Of a stretch of 64,000 bases of DNA, positions 41,360-53,589 are shown piece after piece. The number at the start of each line of letters is the position of its first letter. The stretch's first letter is position 1. The notes below the pieces were generated by a model. The model saw only the letters and a program-made list of their open reading frames with translations, ran no database searches and was not told the DNA's origin. The position numbers and the translations under genes were made by a program. The stretch spans positions 43,774,001-43,838,000 of the forward strand of contig CM052816.1 of NCBI GenBank assembly GCA_028534125.1, written 5' to 3'. This DNA comes from Lama glama (Eukaryota).

Positions 41360-42999
41360 CTAAGACATTATAAAAATTAGTTTACAATGAAAATTCTCTT
41401 TGTCAGGAGTCTGGGTCAGACAGAGGGTGACTCACCTGTACGCAGATCACCCTAGGCTACCACGTGGAGCATGTTGCTTTCTTGACAGGAGGAAAAGCTT
41501 TATTCAAATGCATCTCCAAGAGGTTATTTTTGGATCTGGTCAGAATCCTATTACGTTTGAATTTTAGGAAATCTTTATGTTCAGTTTGATGTCCTCAATT
41601 ACAGAGCTTTACCTCTGATATCAACCGTCCCATTACATTTTCATACGACAAGTTTACCAGAAAAATTTCAAGCCAGTTATTATTATTTTTATGAGTTTAT
41701 ACACTCAAATATGAAACATACAAAATAGGCTAGAATTTATTAACATGAAACATTTAATACAGAAAGAGATAGGCCATTATAAAGTTATATGTCACAAGCA
41801 TATTGAATGTGCCCAATTGCTTTTAAATGTCTAAAGTATAACCATTATGTGCTATTATAGGGATTATAAACTATATTGAAGTAATATATTCAAGCATCCA
41901 AAAATCAGAGTAAATAAAAATAATTCTGCTCATTGGCTCACAGTTAGGAAGGAATGAGAGTAATAACAATAAAATAATAATGTGCAGGGAAAGACAAATA
42001 TATCCTGCCACAGCCTGAGCTGCAGCCGGCCCTGATTCAAGGGAGGGAGCCGGAGGCTTCCAACTCGTAAAAATGACTATCTGTCTGCCAAGGCAAGACG
42101 GCGTGCACCTCCTTCTCACTCTTATCCTCCAGGGGCCTCTTTTGACCTCCCTTTGTCCCTGTTGAGAGGGAGAACAGAGGGCATGAATACAGCTGAGAAC
42201 ATTTCACTCCAGGAGCCTGTGAGTCTGGGAGTAGCGCGGCACCTGCATCTCAGGGGAGTAATTTAGCACTTGGAGCGCACTGACCTTGCGGAGCAGAGTC
42301 GATGATGAGCATCTTACTTGAGCCTTACCTTAGGGTTTGTTCTCATTAGGAGATAAAGTGAGGGACCATTTCGAGTCTCATTCAGCCAACAGGAGAGCTG
42401 AGGAGTGGATATGTTAAGTGATAGCTCATTCTACTTCAAGTTTTTCTGGAGTCCCCTTGCTGAAACCCAAAGTCAATAATTGTCCATGCTGGCAACTGGA
42501 GACGTCTTAAATACACAGGATAGGCGGCCAGGATTCTGTGACAATTGTTATTTGCTCTCTCATCCCAGGCTGCTTCAGCCGAGCTCATTGGGGGCCTACA
42601 TGTACCCCTTCACCTTGGAGCCTCGCCAGGGTGGGCAGTGGGGGTGAGGAGGGGCCTGGGCGGGGTGGGCTGGTGCTGAGGAGGAGGGAGGCAGGACAGA
42701 GAATGCTTCCTTGTCAGCCCTTGTTAGTCACAGTCGTAGGCTGTACTGCAGAAGATCAAGCTCATTACAAGGAAACATTTTTTTCTTATGGCAAAATGTA
42801 TGAAAATCTTAAAGGTCAAACTGTATGCTAAGAATTGTTGAAAAGCTTTGAAGCAGTTGCTAACTGAATCATGAATTATAGAGTATGTTAAAAATGATTA
42901 TGTTTAAAAATAAGGCACATACAGAGTTGAAAATGATTTTGAAATTTCCCTTATCCATGTACACATGTGATCTTAGTAAGACATGTATCGATTTTATAC

Positions 43000-45170
43000 A
43001 TATTTTTAATAAGATTTTTATTTTAGAATAGTTTCAGGTTTATAGAAAATTTGCAAAGCTAATACAGAGAGTTTTTTTTCCCATATACCCGAGGCAATGT
43101 TCCCTATTATTAAATCTTACATTAGTATGGTATATTTGTCACAGTGATGAACCACTGTTTTATATTAACTAAATGACATACTTGATTCAGATTCCCTCAG
43201 TTTTCACCTATCATTCTTTTCTTCTGTTCCAGGATCCTGTCCAGGAATGTAATGTGCATTCTCCTAATGACAAATTATGTGGATTGTCCTTTCATATCCT
43301 TGGCTGCCATCATATGTCCTTTCCAGTGACATGTCTGTTTGGATCTTTCACTCATTCTTTGATTCGCTTTTTCTCCTGTTGTTGGGCCCTAAGTGTTCTA
43401 CTCTGCTACCATCCTCCCCATCAAGATACGTGTTTCATAAATATTTCTCCAAGATTCTGCCTGTTCCCTCATGCTCCTAATACTATCCTTCAAAGGACAG
43501 TTTTCAATTTTAAAAAAATACAGCTCATCAATCCTTCCTTTCATGGATTGTGCTTTCAGTGCTGTATACAAAAACTCATCCAAATCCAATGTCACCTAGA
43601 TTTTCTCCCACATTGTCTCCCTAAGTTTCACAACCTTCAGTTTTGCAGTTAGGTTTATGATTCACCATGAGGCAAACTTTGTGAGAGTTAAGGTCTGCGT
43701 CAAGTTTCAATTGTTTATGTGGATGCTCTTTGTTCCAGCACCATTTGTTGAAAAGACTATCTTTTCTCCTTTGAACTGCACCTTTGTCCAGGAACATTTG
43801 ATCAGATTTGTGCAGGTCTGTGTCTGGGCTCCCTAGTCTATCTTGTTGATCTTTAAATATTTCATTCCATTCTCTTCTTGCTTCCATGAATTCTGGTGGG
43901 ATGTCTACTATAATTCTTATCTTCACTGCTCTTTAGATAATGTGTCTTTTCCTCTGAATTCTTAAAAGGTTTCTCTTGTCTTCCATTTGTTGACATACCT
44001 AGGTAGGTTTTTTGTTTTGTTTTAATCTGCAGTTTAAGGTCGATCATTCATCTTGGCAATTTTACTTTAAATATGCCTCCTGCTTTGTTCTGTCTTTCAT
44101 CTCTAGAGATGTTCCAGTTAGGTATTTGTTACACTTTTTTGAAAATTCCCCAAAGATCTTGGATGTTTCATTTGTTTGTTTTCAATTCATTTTTCTCTTT
44201 GCTTTTTGGTTTGGGAATTGTCTATTGACCTCTTCTCAAGTTCACTGATTCTTTATTTGGCACATCCTGTCTACTAATGAGTCATTTGAAGGCCTGCTTC
44301 ATTTCTGTTACTATGTTTTTAACTCTAGCATGTCTTCTGAATTTTTCCTTATAACATTTTCCATCTATAATCCACTCTCATTTACACTGGAGTCCTTTTG
44401 GTGTAATAGTAAGATATGAAAGAAGGGACGCATTCTGTTGTCTTCCATGTCTTCACGTTTTAGTGGACCGTGTCTTGTGTCTTGACCTTCAAACTTGTCT
44501 CTTCAGTTGTCTAACTCCCCCACCTCTCCTCTATTCTCTTCTCTGAGTGCAGAATTCTCAACCTATTTCCTTGAGGCACTGACTCCTGTTGAATATGGTC
44601 TTTTCTTCTTAAGTAAGACAGAGAGACTATAGGGAACTGAAGTAGAATGGTTGCTCTGCCCCCAGATGAAATAAGGCTTTGGCAAACTCTTTCCCCCTAG
44701 ATCTTAGGCCTTTGTTACGGAGAAAGGTCTGGGAATATTTCACAATGATTCTTCTTCTCCTTCCCCTTTTGGAGCCAGGAGAGTATATCTCATAGATCTT
44801 CACTGTGAGAACCTAGTATGGTTCCTAGAAGTAAAACCCACCCATGAAAGTGTGAGGCCTTTCCTGAGACTGTGGTTCCCAGGAGTTTCTTATTCTCAAG
44901 GAATCTCGATTCAATTTGTAAAAATTAACCTTTAAGTGTTCCTGCCAATTAGTGGCCCCGGCAGCTTCTGCTCCACGTAAGCACACCTTGGCTGCTATAT
45001 CTCCGGATGCTCCTGTTCTCAAGATTTCAGGGTAGTGGTTTGCCCTGCAACCTCAGTTCTCTTCAAAGTCCAAGAAAAGTCATTGATTTTCAGATTGGCC
45101 AGCTTCTTCTTATTGAATTGTGGGGTAATGGCTTCTAAGCTATTGATATATTGCAGCTGAAACCAAAAGT
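43000..45170 (-). mobile_element. Internally deleted old L1 (L1MC/MD-like: 3' end, ORF2 piece, ORF1 and 5' region)
   Basis: ORF2 peptide DSLFNKWCW joined to ORF1 peptide MEARREWNEIFK; L1MC-type 3' UTR at 43000-43250. Confidence 0.85.
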
Positions 45171-45549
45171 CTGTATCTATTAACTGTAAGTTTTCTCTGT
45201 ATGTAATGCATAGCCTCAGTAATACATACTGGATTTATATCATCATTATTATTTCTACCCTTGTAATTTTTTCTCATTTTTTTCCTTGCTCTTACTGGAA
45301 ACAGAATATTCAATCACCAGAAACTTCATAAGGCTCAATTCTTCTGTTTTGGAAGTCTCTTCATTTGATAATATTAATCAAAACCTAAATAAATTCTAGG
45401 CAATTGAAAGAAATAACTGAAGTAAATCTTCTACACTGGAAGAGTTCAAGGTTGAGTGGTGTGAAGAGACAACTACTAGGACAAATAAATGGGCAGGATG
45501 GTGAAAATGCAGAAAGACATATAAAGCAGGCACCAGGTCAAGGAAGGAT

Positions 45550-46150
45550 GGGAAAAATTGATGGAATTAAGAGTCGCACTTAGGTAGGTGGAGTGCAGAT
45601 TGAGGATGAGGGGAAAGGGAACATTCTAACCATGGGAATGCCATGTGAAAGCATGATTGATGACGCAGCATGCAAACCTCTGAGTAAGGTGTGCAGAGGA
45701 GTACTGTTGTGGAGGAGTGGTGGGCTCTGCTAAGGCGTTTGATTTTATCCTGAAACCTATGTGGCAGCTATTAAAGAATACCTAGCCACAGTAGGTTTGG
45801 ATTTATATAAAGACTGTCTGCAGAGGGGAAGACAGGGTTGAGCATCCAAGACAGAAATGCAGAGAGGCAGGTGACGTATCTAAGGCATTTGTGGAAGTAA
45901 GAATTTAGGAGGCTCTGGATTAAGGCAGGGACAAGGGGGTGAAATAAGAAACAAATATCTAGAATATTAAGGTGTATTTTTTATGTGTATGTGAGAGGAT
46001 TGGGAGGTTAAGGGAGTTGCAAGTTTCTGTGATTTTGATAATGGGTTTATGATCATGCCATTGATAGATATGGATGTAGTTAGGACAGAAATGGAAAACA
46101 CAGGAGGAGGAGGGGGAGCAGGTTATATCTGGAGAATGAGGGGGAAAGGA
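45550..46150 (-). mobile_element. L2 fragment
   Basis: gggaacattctaaccatgggaatgccatgtgaaagc...gctaaggcgtttgattttatcctga. Confidence 0.6.
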
Positions 46151-47159
46151 CAATATTTTTTTCTATATATTTCAAAAGTACACTAATTATTTCTTTTTAA
46201 AGTATTCTAAGGCCTACTGTAGGGAGAAGAATAGGTACTTTAAAAAAGATGCTGCCAGTATTTTGATAAATTGGATTGTATAATTTTCCATTCTTGAACA
46301 GAAATTGGAAATCATTATCATAGTTAAGTTTCAAAATCAAATGCAGTTTATTTCAGACCATATATTTTCATAAAGAGGTCATGTCCTACTCAGCTATGAT
46401 AACTCCAGCAAGACCTTCTTTTTTTTTTTTTTTTGGTTTTTCTGTACAACTAATTACTGGATAGGACAGGATAAGAAAAAAGATGATGGAAACATAGCTA
46501 TAGATTAAACACTTTCTTTAATCATTTCCTGACTGATTAATGAGGAATAAGCTTTTTGAAATTAGGTAAGGAAATTTTCAACTTCTATAAAAATTCTGTC
46601 ACACAAGTAGTTGTTCAGAATTATAAAATATTTGACTAAAACTGTAGAAGAGCCTTTAAACTATGAAGACTAGAAAATGATTTCTTTTGACTAATGAATC
46701 ATATTTAATAAGTACATTTCTTCGTAGTCAATGATAGATACATTTCCTACCCACCGATAACCATGACTGAAAGTAGTCCTTCACTTCCTTTGAAGTCCTG
46801 TACCATTGCCCACATAGTAGTCTTTGGGCTTTATTCTTTGTTTTATGGTTATTTTAAGTGTTATTTTTATTTGTATTTTCAGGCTGTGAGCTTCCTATGA
46901 GCAGAAGTGAATAACACATAATAGTTGCTCAATAAAAATTAATCTGTCAACAAACATTTCCTGAGTGTTTATGAGATGCTTAAGAAAAAGTATACTATCA
47001 CTACCTTTGTGGAAGTGGCATGTTAGTGAGTAAATAAATGTAACCTGATTAAACCAGATTTTCATTCTTTGAAATTGAGAGAGAAAATCATCATTTGATT
47101 GAGTATGATCTGTCAGAAAAAGCAGACACATTTGCTTTAAAAATAAAGATATATTGTGA

Positions 47160-47602
47160 GCACCTTGACTAGTGTGAGGTGATAACCTCAGTGTAGTATT
47201 GATTTGCATTTCTCTGGTAATTAGCAATATTGAGCATTTTTTCATGTGCCTATTGGCCATTTGTATATCTTCACTGGAGAAATATTTGTTTAGGTCTTCT
47301 GCCCATTTTTAGTTTTTTGTTATTAAGTTGTATGAGCTGTTTGTATATTCTGGAAATTAAGCTCTTGTCAGTTGCACCATTTGCAAATTTTCTCTCATAC
47401 TGTTCGTTGCCCTTCCGCTTTATTTATGGTTTCCTTTGCTATGCAAAAGCTTTTAAGTTTAATTAGACCTCATTTGTTTATTTTTGCCTTATTTCTATTG
47501 CCTCAGTAGACTGCCTTAGGAAAACTTTGCTATGATTTATATCAGAGAATGTTTTACCTATGTTCTCACAACACTTTCAATGGACTATACTTCAATTAAA
47601 AA
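47160..47602 (-). mobile_element. Young L1 fragment with a short opposite-orientation 3' tail
   Basis: Minus-strand ORF2 peptide [23 protein letters not shown], then plus-strand acaacactttcaatggactatacttcaattaaaaaa. Confidence 0.88.
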
Positions 47603-48303
47603 ACAGAATATTTTGTTGACAAAACTGAAATGGGAGCATATAATAGGTCACTAAAAATAAATAGACCAAACTTTAAAGACTTGAATATATTGATACTGGA
47701 GCACACAAAATCTAGTCAAATGAGAAGTCCCAGAAATCTTCAGAAATCTTCATATAGTAACACAATTCAGTTCCAGTTAGGGAAAATCTTACACTTACAG
47801 TTCTAGAGGTTTTGGTACCATAATGAGAACTGGTATACCTAATATTACTTCATATTTGTCGAAGACAGTGAAGTCCCTTTCACATTATGCAATACTCCTC
47901 CTGAAACACCAGATCTGTAAGGTTTTACTGGTACTTTCAATTATGCACTGGCAGGTTCCCCTCTGCCCTATTCTATCCACGAAATAAATAGAAACCATAA
48001 ACTAAGCATATACAGTGTTAGTTAAAGGTTTACCAAAAGGGTTCCCATGGTTTCCCTTTCTCACTAAATGCATTCTCGCACGCGGGAAAGGACCTCTGGA
48101 GAGGAATGCACCTCGGCCTCGAGGCCTCAGGGTACATTATTTCAAGCATATCAGGCTCCCTGGTCTAGTGCCTTTTACATGGGAAACATCTAAAGACCCT
48201 GTTCCCTCACCAAGATTTCAATAAAAATCCAAATGAAATTGATTCCTCCTTTGGCTTTGTTTTGATTTTGGAGATAGAAGCCCTGGCATGTTTATTCACT
48301 TAC

Positions 48304-48461
48304 ATTGTTTTAGCTCCCACAGCCAAACACAAGGAAAACGGAGTGACCACAAATAGTTTGCTTACCCAAATCAACATTGGCTCTTTCAAATCATGTGCCA
48401 GATTTCATTTTCTTAAAAGAAGTGTTATTTCAAACCCATTAGCAGGAGCTATTTGTAAGAT
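48304..48461 (-). pseudogene. Candidate exon (CH1 end / CH2 start)
   Basis: Acceptor attttggtaattaatag| and consensus donor aat|gtaagt. Fragments LLLMGLK*HFF, ANVDLGKQ and CVWLWELKQ; heavily frameshifted. Confidence 0.4.
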
Positions 48462-48784
48462 CTATTAATTACCAAAATCAATATAAAATAAGAGTAATGC
48501 TTTCTTGCAAATATTTAAAGTGTCATAATTTCACAGGAATAACTTGAGTCTAAACGTAGTGCTCGATAAATCAGACAAATGTCATATGACAACTTCTGAT
48601 GAGTATTTTTTTTAAATCCCCAATTTTCCCCTTTTTCAACTAATTTGGGAATAAAAGTATGGGTCATAACTTACACTTCACAGGTAGCTTTGTTGGTTTA
48701 TTAATCCAAGTGTGATACCAAACCATAGAGGTGATTTGCCTCTTTTGGGAATGTCATTTGGCGATTCTCTAATTAATGCACTAC

Positions 48785-48903
48785 CGTGAGCAAAGGTGAC
48801 AGGTTAACCATAGCATGAACAGGAACATGCTCATTCTTCATCGAAACTCTCAAATATCAAGTCACATGCAGTTTCAGTCATTTTGCCTCTTTGGCAATCT
48901 TTC
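48785..48903 (-). pseudogene. Candidate exon (middle of CH1-like unit)
   Basis: Weak splice sites. Fragments DLIFESF and MKNEHVPVHAMVN lie in different frames. Confidence 0.25.
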
Positions 48904-49380
48904 CTCCCCAATGAAAGAATAAACGTTAACTCATTACTCTGAAGAAGCTTATAAAAACATAGTTGACATAAATTACCCTCTATTTAATTTTTTTTATTAC
49001 AATGCCAGTTTTTTCTTTTGCGCCATCATAAGAGTTGCATTTTATTTTCAAAACAACATGATCAAACTTCTCCACAAATATTTAAAATTTGTCAAGGGCC
49101 ACTAAAATGGCAGATGCCCAATAGTTTTATTAATTCATTCTTTTTCAAGATGATATATGGAACATTCTGGGGAGTTGGGGGGAGTTCAGTCTCTTGAACA
49201 GAGACTCATTAATGGTACTAAGATGACTGAAGAAAATCACAGTGCTTTTTTGTTTCAAGTCTGTTTTCCAACACCAAACATTCCCAGAAACACAGATTAT
49301 AAACTAGCGTCCTTGTATTTACAACCATGATAATTTTAATATGGGAAGTTCATGCTACATTTTCCCTTGTCCAGTTTTAC

Positions 49381-49552
49381 TGAAAATACAGATAAGATCA
49401 GTGGACACTGTCTGCAGGCTCTTTGGAGGCAAAGCTGATGTCCGGGAAGGCTTTGGTGGGCGGCCTCCGCTGTCCAGGCCCCCTTGTGAAGGAACCTTCT
49501 GTCCTGCAGTGGGATTGCAGCTTCTTGGAAAGGGGAGCCATTTATCACAGTC
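49381..49552 (-). pseudogene. Candidate exon (start of third CH1-like unit)
   Basis: Acceptor gctttcatttag| and GC-richer than its flanks. Open frame DCDKWLPF...RPPKPSRTSALPPKSLQTVSTDLICIF. Confidence 0.4.
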
Positions 49553-50760
49553 CTAAATGAAAGCATTCTTTAAACACAAATGTCTTTTTCTCCCTTTGTC
49601 TAATTACTGAGAGGAAAAGTGAGAAGGAAATGTCAAAACAGAGAAACAGTGGTGTATAGAGAGAGCAGCTACTCTGGAGCTCAGCCGGCTTTTGTGAGGG
49701 TCTGGGCGATTTGTCAAATGGTTGTGGCATAAGTCAAGCTCTGAGGTTGAAAGGTCTTGACCTAAGGAGTCCTGGAATCAGACAGTGTAAGCAAGGGGTC
49801 TGCTAGAATTTTCAGCTGTAGTGGAGATGAACAATGATGGGAGCTGGACATAACAAAAACTCATTTGCATAATTCAGGTAAGTAATTTTATTGAAACTGA
49901 CAAGGATGTGACAGGCTAAGAAAGAGAAGAGAACACAGTCTTGCTGGGAACCACTAAAGCCCCTCAGTTAGGTATGTGAAAATAAATGACAGCTAATCTC
50001 TTCACTAAAAAAATCTGTAAACAATGCTATTTTACCCAGGACTCACCCATGACCTTTTGTAGAGCTGGCTTTAGATTCTTTAGTCTAGGCTTCCAGAATA
50101 TAGCAAACAGAATGGACTAAATTCAAATTACAGCTTAGACTTTCACTGATAATAATTATTTCCCTGGATATAAGCTCCTTCCAGGGTGGGTCTACATTCA
50201 AAAATGAAGAGCAGAAATTTTTCAAGTGGATGATGAAAGGTTTGAGATTGATGCTCTATAAAATCTTATTTTTACTGAAGAATAGATCATGGAGGGGGAG
50301 AGTTTTAACTTGGGCAACTTGTACTAAGAATCTAAAAAGTGAAATGCCTTTGGCACTTGAATTTGCCAATATATGTTCAAGAGACTATATTAATGTTTAC
50401 CAGTTGATCTTTTCAGTTTTTTTTCTTTTTATTTCAAAGAGTGTGGATGTAAATAAGGCATAAATTTAATATTGATGCATATATTTAAAAAATTAAGATA
50501 TTTAATGCCTAACTATATGAATTCTGACAAAATCCTATAATATCAGCAACATCTATAAATTAGATTTTATGTGGCCTGGATATACCTATCCCTAAAGAAA
50601 GCAACAAAATGATAAGATTATCACTAAAAAGGTTTCCTTATTTTAGATAAGAGAAGCTAAATTCTTAAAAGCACTCTCCATTTCCTTTATATTTAGCTCG
50701 CTTTTATGTGTGGACCACCAGGAGATAGCCACATTATCTTTTGTAATCCAGGCAGCTCAC

Positions 50761-51155
50761 CAGTCATTGGTGACGTTTATAGGCAAGGGCAGTAATAGAT
50801 GGCAACTGTAATCAGCCTGGAGAAGGAAGCTACTCAAACCTAGTTTGCCAGAGGAGAACCATGTCTGCTGTGCCCTTCAAACACGCAAAAAATGTGAAAC
50901 CGACTTAGTCAGACACGAGCTGCAAAATCTCCAAGCGATTTTGGGTAGCAAATACACAATTCCTCCTTCTGCAGTGTATGGAACACATATATAGTTTGAC
51001 CAAAATGTGAATCATTCCATCGAATGGGAAGCAGTTGAGAGTTCTGGCTAGATCAAATGTGGATCTCAGTATTATAAGCAGTCTAATGCATAATTCATGA
51101 GGCTTAATGAATATTCCAATTCATGACAGCCAACTGGCTCCATAGGTCACACCTC
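50761..51155 (-). pseudogene. Exon with second CH2-like domain
   Basis: Donor ctg|gtgagc. Reads ...STFDLARTLNCFPFDGMIHILVKLY...QNRLEILQLVSD*VGF...TADMV, similar in spacing to CH2. Acceptor uncertain. Confidence 0.45.
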
Positions 51156-51320
51156 CTAGTCTCATATAAATAAAGAATGAGATACTGGAAAGCATACCAG
51201 CTGAACCAAACTGAGTGCCAAAAACATGCATATTAATGAGGCACTATAATAGATACTTGACTCTTTGGAAGTGCCTATATTGGTTTCCAGCTACAGAGGG
51301 AAAGAAAGTTCACAATGTAC

Positions 51321-51654
51321 CTTTAAACACACCATACTGTGTACCATAAAATACAGCTCTTTCTATGAAATATGGAATCAAATTATACTGATGTGATTTC
51401 AGACTCAGTCATTAACTCCATAACATCCTCTGACACTTCCAACAACATAGAAACATTCTGGAAAGAACCCCACCCCCTGCTCCCATATTCCTTTGCAAGC
51501 CTCAACTTGGTAACTAGGGAGAGGAAGTCCTTCAACAGTGCTGTTCTTTTATGTGTTCTGTTTAGACCTTGGATCAGGATGAATGGTAGCTCCGATGAAT
51601 GCATTTGTGCCATTTTTCTTGGCCCCAGACTATGTTTCCTCACTACCATGACAT
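51321..51654 (-). pseudogene. Exon with second CH1-like domain
   Basis: Acceptor tttctcttctgttcag|. Frame reads ...TALLKDFLSLVTKLRLAK...FQNVSMLLEVSEDVMELMTESEITSV*FDSIFHRKSCILWYTVWCV*, paralleling LENVSVALEFL...[22 protein letters not shown]. Donor uncertain. Confidence 0.6.
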
Positions 51655-53387
51655 CTGAACAGAAGAGAAAACATCTCCCTTTTGTAGCAGGCTAATTTAA
51701 TTTGTACCTTCCACCTAGGGGTAAATATGTTTGTCTGTCTGTCTGAGCTTTTTGCCTACTTTCTTTTCTCACGGGAAACCCTACTGAGTCGAAAGCAGGA
51801 AATTGCTCAGTGCTCTAACTTTATTTTAAAGTAATTTAATTTTAAACCTTCTCACACCCACCCTAAAGTGAAGCAACTGTTGGAAGCCCCTCGGGATACC
51901 CTTAATGACTTCTGCATGTCTCCTGTGTCACAGATGTCACAGGCTTGTTGTTTTGAGGTATTGTATCTTTCGGAATAGATGATTTAAAAGAGACTGCTTT
52001 GGGCTGTTTTACACACAGAAGATGTGCATTCATTTTAAAATAATGAAGAACAAAATCTTGCAGATTTTACCTTGACCCACATCCTTTCAAATCTGCATTA
52101 CACGTCATTGATCTTTACTTGATCTTAAGTTGATTTGGGGCATTATTTGTGGCTTGACCTTGTTTGATGTAGAGAGTTTGTCAAAGATTTAAAAATAGAC
52201 TACCAACAAATATATTTTTTCCTAAGTAAAACAGCAGTAATTCATTACTCAAAAACTTAGAAATACCGAGGTATTTGATCTGGATATTGTTACCATTTCT
52301 CAGGGGATCCCAGATATCGGTGTGAACACCTCAAATTAAAATTACAGTGGGTAGAAAATAGTCCACTTATTAATAGAGGCTTAAATAGAGGAGAACCTCC
52401 TTATTCACATGACTTGCACTTATCAACATGCAAGTTTGTTTCTCTTAATTGTTGTAAAAGTTGTCAAATGCACTTTAAGGAAAAAAATGCTTCTTTTTTC
52501 TTTGGTTTGTGAAAACATTCTAATTAAATTCTCTTTCATGGCACAAATATCACCCTCTACATCACTTTTATTGTTCAGAGATATAACCTCAATTATATCT
52601 CAAGTATCTCCAATTATAATAAATTAGCATGACTTGGTGTTTAAAAGAGAAAAATAATGTTGTTAAAATTATTTTATTAATTCCTATTTAATATAAAAGA
52701 CCATTCTGGAATATGTTATTGACTTATAATTTGGAGATCTTTAACTACTCGTGGCCAGATCTTTATTTTTTATGTAATCTACCGTAATAAATTTTCCTGC
52801 ATATAATTTGAAAAGAATATCAATTATAGTAATAATGTTAATGATTAAGTTATATTAATTGAGCTTGAAGTCTGTGAACAATATAGTTAGTTCATAAGAT
52901 AGGTAAGCTTATTAAAAGGATTTTATGTTATTAAATAAATATATTTGAAAATTTCTTAGATTGAAATATCCACATATCCTTATGTAAAGCCACATATTCA
53001 AAAACATGTGGACAGATAGGGCTTTTTCTGAAGAATTCATAGGAAAGAATATTACAGTTGGGTATAAGAATTTTTCGGCGCTTTCCCCTCACATCCATGG
53101 TCCTTCAAATTATGTCCAAAAATTGGTCAATACAAAAATTATTGGACAACTTCATTCCTAAAGCATTAATTTGATCAGGAAGCCAAATTTGGTTAGTGTG
53201 ATTTAAATTAAGTAGAAATTTGAGCATGTGATTTGTTGGTAGGGAAATTTACTATCTTTTCAGCCTCTAAAATGGTACAAATTGACGGCCGCAGAAGAGA
53301 ACTATCTTTAGTGTAATAATGTGACGTTTCCAACTGAATCCAAATTTGCACATTAAGGCTAGCCATTAGTACACTCGAATCTAAATC

Positions 53388-53589
53388 TAGGGTTGGCAAA
53401 GTATTTCTGTAAATGGCCAGATAATAAATATTTTAAGCTTTGGGAGCTACATATGGTCTCTCTCGTATATTTCTCTTTGTTTTGTTTTACAACCCTTTAA
53501 AATTTTAAAAACCATCCTTAGCTTGAGGCCCATACAGAAACAGGCCATGGGTCAGATTTGGATCACTGACCCTAGTTTATTAACCTCTA
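53388..53589. mobile_element. MER58-like hAT-Charlie element
   Basis: agggttggcaaagtatttctgtaaatggccagataataaatatttta...ccatacagaaacaggc... Confidence 0.85.

Noticed and set aside
43173..43652. 159-aa plus-strand ORF
   Set aside because: Antisense to a decayed L1; no coding features.
49863..49883. Octamer ATTTGCAT next to cag|gtaagt
   Set aside because: A single motif with no composite SOX site or snRNA promoter context; expected by chance.
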